From Candidatus Zixiibacteriota bacterium (lineage in GTDB: Bacteria > Zixibacteria > MSB-5A5 > CAIYYT01): a stretch of DNA of 29,929 nt. Positions within the stretch are counted from its first letter, which is position 1, and the number at the start of each line of letters is the position of its first letter. This document shows positions 27,842 to 29,929 of this stretch, in pieces. The notes beneath the pieces were generated by a model that was not told the origin of the DNA, searched no databases, and worked only from the letters and a program-made list of their open reading frames with translations. The translations under genes were made by a program, and so were the position numbers. The DNA is taken from assembly GCA_040235515.1 (NCBI GenBank), contig JBECKX010000022.1, positions 1 through 29,929 on the forward strand. The letters run 5' to 3'.

Positions 27842-29308
27842 CTAATCCTCCCCCTGCGCCTTCGTGAAGCCTTCCTTGCCGTCGAAAATCTGCAGCTTCT
27901 CGATATGACCCCAGCGGTAGGCACCGCTGATCTTCTGCAACACCGGCAGGAAAATATCATCTGTCATATCCTTGCTGGAATCGCGCATCATCAGACGAAC
28001 TTTGAAAGCATCCACCGTATCGGTGATCGCACCGGTCAGCGGGTAGACCTTGGTCCCGCGGCTGTCGATCATCTTCAGCATCAGCGGCGTACCCTCTAGC
28101 AGTTGCTCGAAACCCTTGCCGAGGTCAGGCACACTCACCGCCGTCTCGACATACACATCCGCGCCGACCACCTGACGCGTCTTCGGAATCACAAAATCTG
28201 AGCGCGTGTCAACCTGCGGCATCTTGATCGGCTTGTAGTCGCGAATCTGCCACTCCTTCGGCTCCTTGCCGAAGTTGTTGATAATCGCATCGGTGAAGTC
28301 GGTCGTGCTGGCCGCCTTCTCGTCGCCAACCACATCACGCGGCAACGTCTTACCCTCTTCAAGCGTGTAGAGCAGCGCCTTCTCGATCGTGGCAGCTTCA
28401 TCGAACATATTGATGAAGCGCAGCATCATTACGCCCGAAAGCAGCAGGGCGGTCGGATTGATCACATTCTTGCCGGCATACTTGGGTGCCGATCCATGTA
28501 CCGCTTCGAAGATTGCGCAATCGTTGCCCAGATTCGCCGAGGGCGCAAACCCCAGACCACCCACCAACGCCGAGGATTCATCCGAAAGGATATCACCATT
28601 CATGTTGGTAAGGATCAAGACACCAAATTGCTCCGGCTTCTTGACCAGCTGGTGAGCACAGTTGTCGACGATGATGTGCCATGATTCGATGTCGGGATAT
28701 TCCGGCGCGATCTCCTCGAATGTCTTCTTCAAAGTTCCCTCGGTGAACTTCATGATGTTGGCCTTGGTGCCGCAGGTAACGGTCTTGCGTCCCTCCGCCC
28801 GCGCCAGCTCGAACCCGAGCCGGACGATCTTCTCACAGCCCTTGCGGGAGATCAACTTCAAACACTCAGCCACACCCGGAGTCTGCATATACTCGATACC
28901 GGCATACAGGTCCTCAACGTTCTCACGAACGACCACCAGGTCAATCTTGCGACCGGAATAGGGGGTTTTGACGCCGGGGAGTTCGCGCGCCGGGCGAATA
29001 TTGGCGTAGGTCTCGAACAACTTCCGCAATGTCACATTGGCGCTCTTCTCGCCAAATCCCACCGGGGTCTCCAGAGGTCCCTTGAGAACGAGGCGAGTCT
29101 TCTTAACCGACTCGATCGTCTCCTGCGGAACACCAGAAGGGATACCCTTCTTGAATACGCTTGCACCGGCCTGCTGCTCATCCCAGGCAATCTTCGCTCC
29201 GGTTGCCTCGATGATCTTCCGTGTTGCGTTTACGACTTCCGGTCCGATTCCATCGCCCGGAATCAGCGTGCAGAGAATCCTGCCATCTTCTGTCTTGTGG
29301 AACTGCAT
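27842..29308 (-). CDS. icd: Isocitrate dehydrogenase, long form with C-terminal extension
   Basis: IPGDGIGPE, LKGPLETP, SANVTLRK, RENVEDLY, NMNGDILSD, FEAVHGSAPKYAG and a C-terminal FTKAQGE. Confidence 0.93.
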   Translation of the reverse strand: MQFHKTEDGRILCTLIPGDGIGPEVVNATRKIIEATGAKIAWDEQQAGASVFKKGIPSGVPQETIESVKKTRLVLKGPLETPVGFGEKSANVTLRKLFETYANIRPARELPGVKTPYSGRKIDLVVVRENVEDLYAGIEYMQTPGVAECLKLISRKGCEKIVRLGFELARAEGRKTVTCGTKANIMKFTEGTLKKTFEEIAPEYPDIESWHIIVDNCAHQLVKKPEQFGVLILTNMNGDILSDESSALVGGLGFAPSANLGNDCAIFEAVHGSAPKYAGKNVINPTALLLSGVMMLRFINMFDEAATIEKALLYTLEEGKTLPRDVVGDEKAASTTDFTDAIINNFGKEPKEWQIRDYKPIKMPQVDTRSDFVIPKTRQVVGADVYVETAVSVPDLGKGFEQLLEGTPLMLKMIDSRGTKVYPLTGAITDTVDAFKVRLMMRDSSKDMTDDIFLPVLQKISGAYRWGHIEKLQIFDGKEGFTKAQGED

Positions 29309-29439
29309 GACGAAATTACCTCTTGAAACGATTCAATCTAAAATAGCTCAAGTTATCCTTATTTGAACGCTGGTGAATCTTTTCACCAGCAGGCGACAAT
29401 CTACAAAAAAGCTGAGATTTACAAACTGAAAAGTTGATC

Positions 29440-29929
29440 TTATCCCCGATTTTCACACCAGACCGCGAATTCCTCGGCGATCTTGCGATAGACTGACGGC
29501 ATGGCGTAGCGGTTCAGGTCCCCAATCGCCACCCAGCGCTGCTCACGCCACTCCTCAGGTTTCAGGTAACTTAAATTCTCTGAATCAATTACAACCGGTA
29601 GTAACCGATTGGCAAAGCTGGTATAATAGTGAGATCGAGCCTGCAAAGCTGCTACAACCTTTGATCCGTTGCCCCCCTCACGGCAGCCAGCTTCGATTCG
29701 AGGGAATATCCACAGCCCCTTGAACAGCGCTCCCTTAGGATTGACCAGCAATACTTCCTCCTCCCGGAGGATGATCGCCACTGTCGTCTCCAGCTTCGTG
29801 ACCTTACGCCTGCGCCGTGCCGGAATTTCACCCTCTCTCCCAGCTTGCCGCGCCCGGCAATCGCTGGAAAGAGGGCAGTCCTGACAATCCGGTCGCGTAG
29901 CTTTGCAGACCAGTTGCCCCAACTCCATC
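29440..29929 (-). CDS. mutY: A/G-specific adenine glycosylase MutY, C-terminal part (runs off the right edge)
   Basis: MELGQLVC-x6-C-x2-C-x5-C [4Fe-4S] motif followed by a NUDIX-like domain (GLWIFP). Confidence 0.85.
   Translation of the reverse strand, partial: MELGQLVCKATRPDCQDCPLSSDCRARQAGREGEIPARRRRKVTKLETTVAIILREEEVLLVNPKGALFKGLWIFPRIEAGCREGGNGSKVVAALQARSHYYTSFANRLLPVVIDSENLSYLKPEEWREQRWVAIGDLNRYAMPSVYRKIAEEFAVWCENRG

Overview
GC-rich bacterial chromosomal window, probably from an FCB-group organism such as candidate phylum Zixibacteria. This is inferred from the co-occurrence of a FlgD-Ig/T9SS-like C-terminal domain, a Cys-flanked dockerin and a cohesin-like protein. Most of it is housekeeping and envelope genes: an orphan BY-kinase, CBM9/DUF5916, corA, EamA, GNAT, an LpxH/PlcP-like phosphoesterase, an unusually long GlpX-like protein, a cNMP-domain-AspA fusion, a GH-A-like lipoprotein, clpB, a DUF2723-TPR glycosyltransferase, a peptidase-propeller-Omp85 protein, murA, a formyltransferase, purE, icd and partial mutY. 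The most unusual stretch lies just downstream of clpB. There an AT-richer HEPN-type RNase gene, interrupted by two in-frame TAA codons, is bracketed by two inverted copies of a ~60-bp palindromic element with conserved arms and different central hairpins. A stack of other REP-like palindromes sits beside it, and no transposase or integrase is present. Other points of interest are a structured non-coding region at 246-590 and a 14-bp GATC-containing tandem repeat. I found no tRNA, rRNA, CRISPR array or intact IS.
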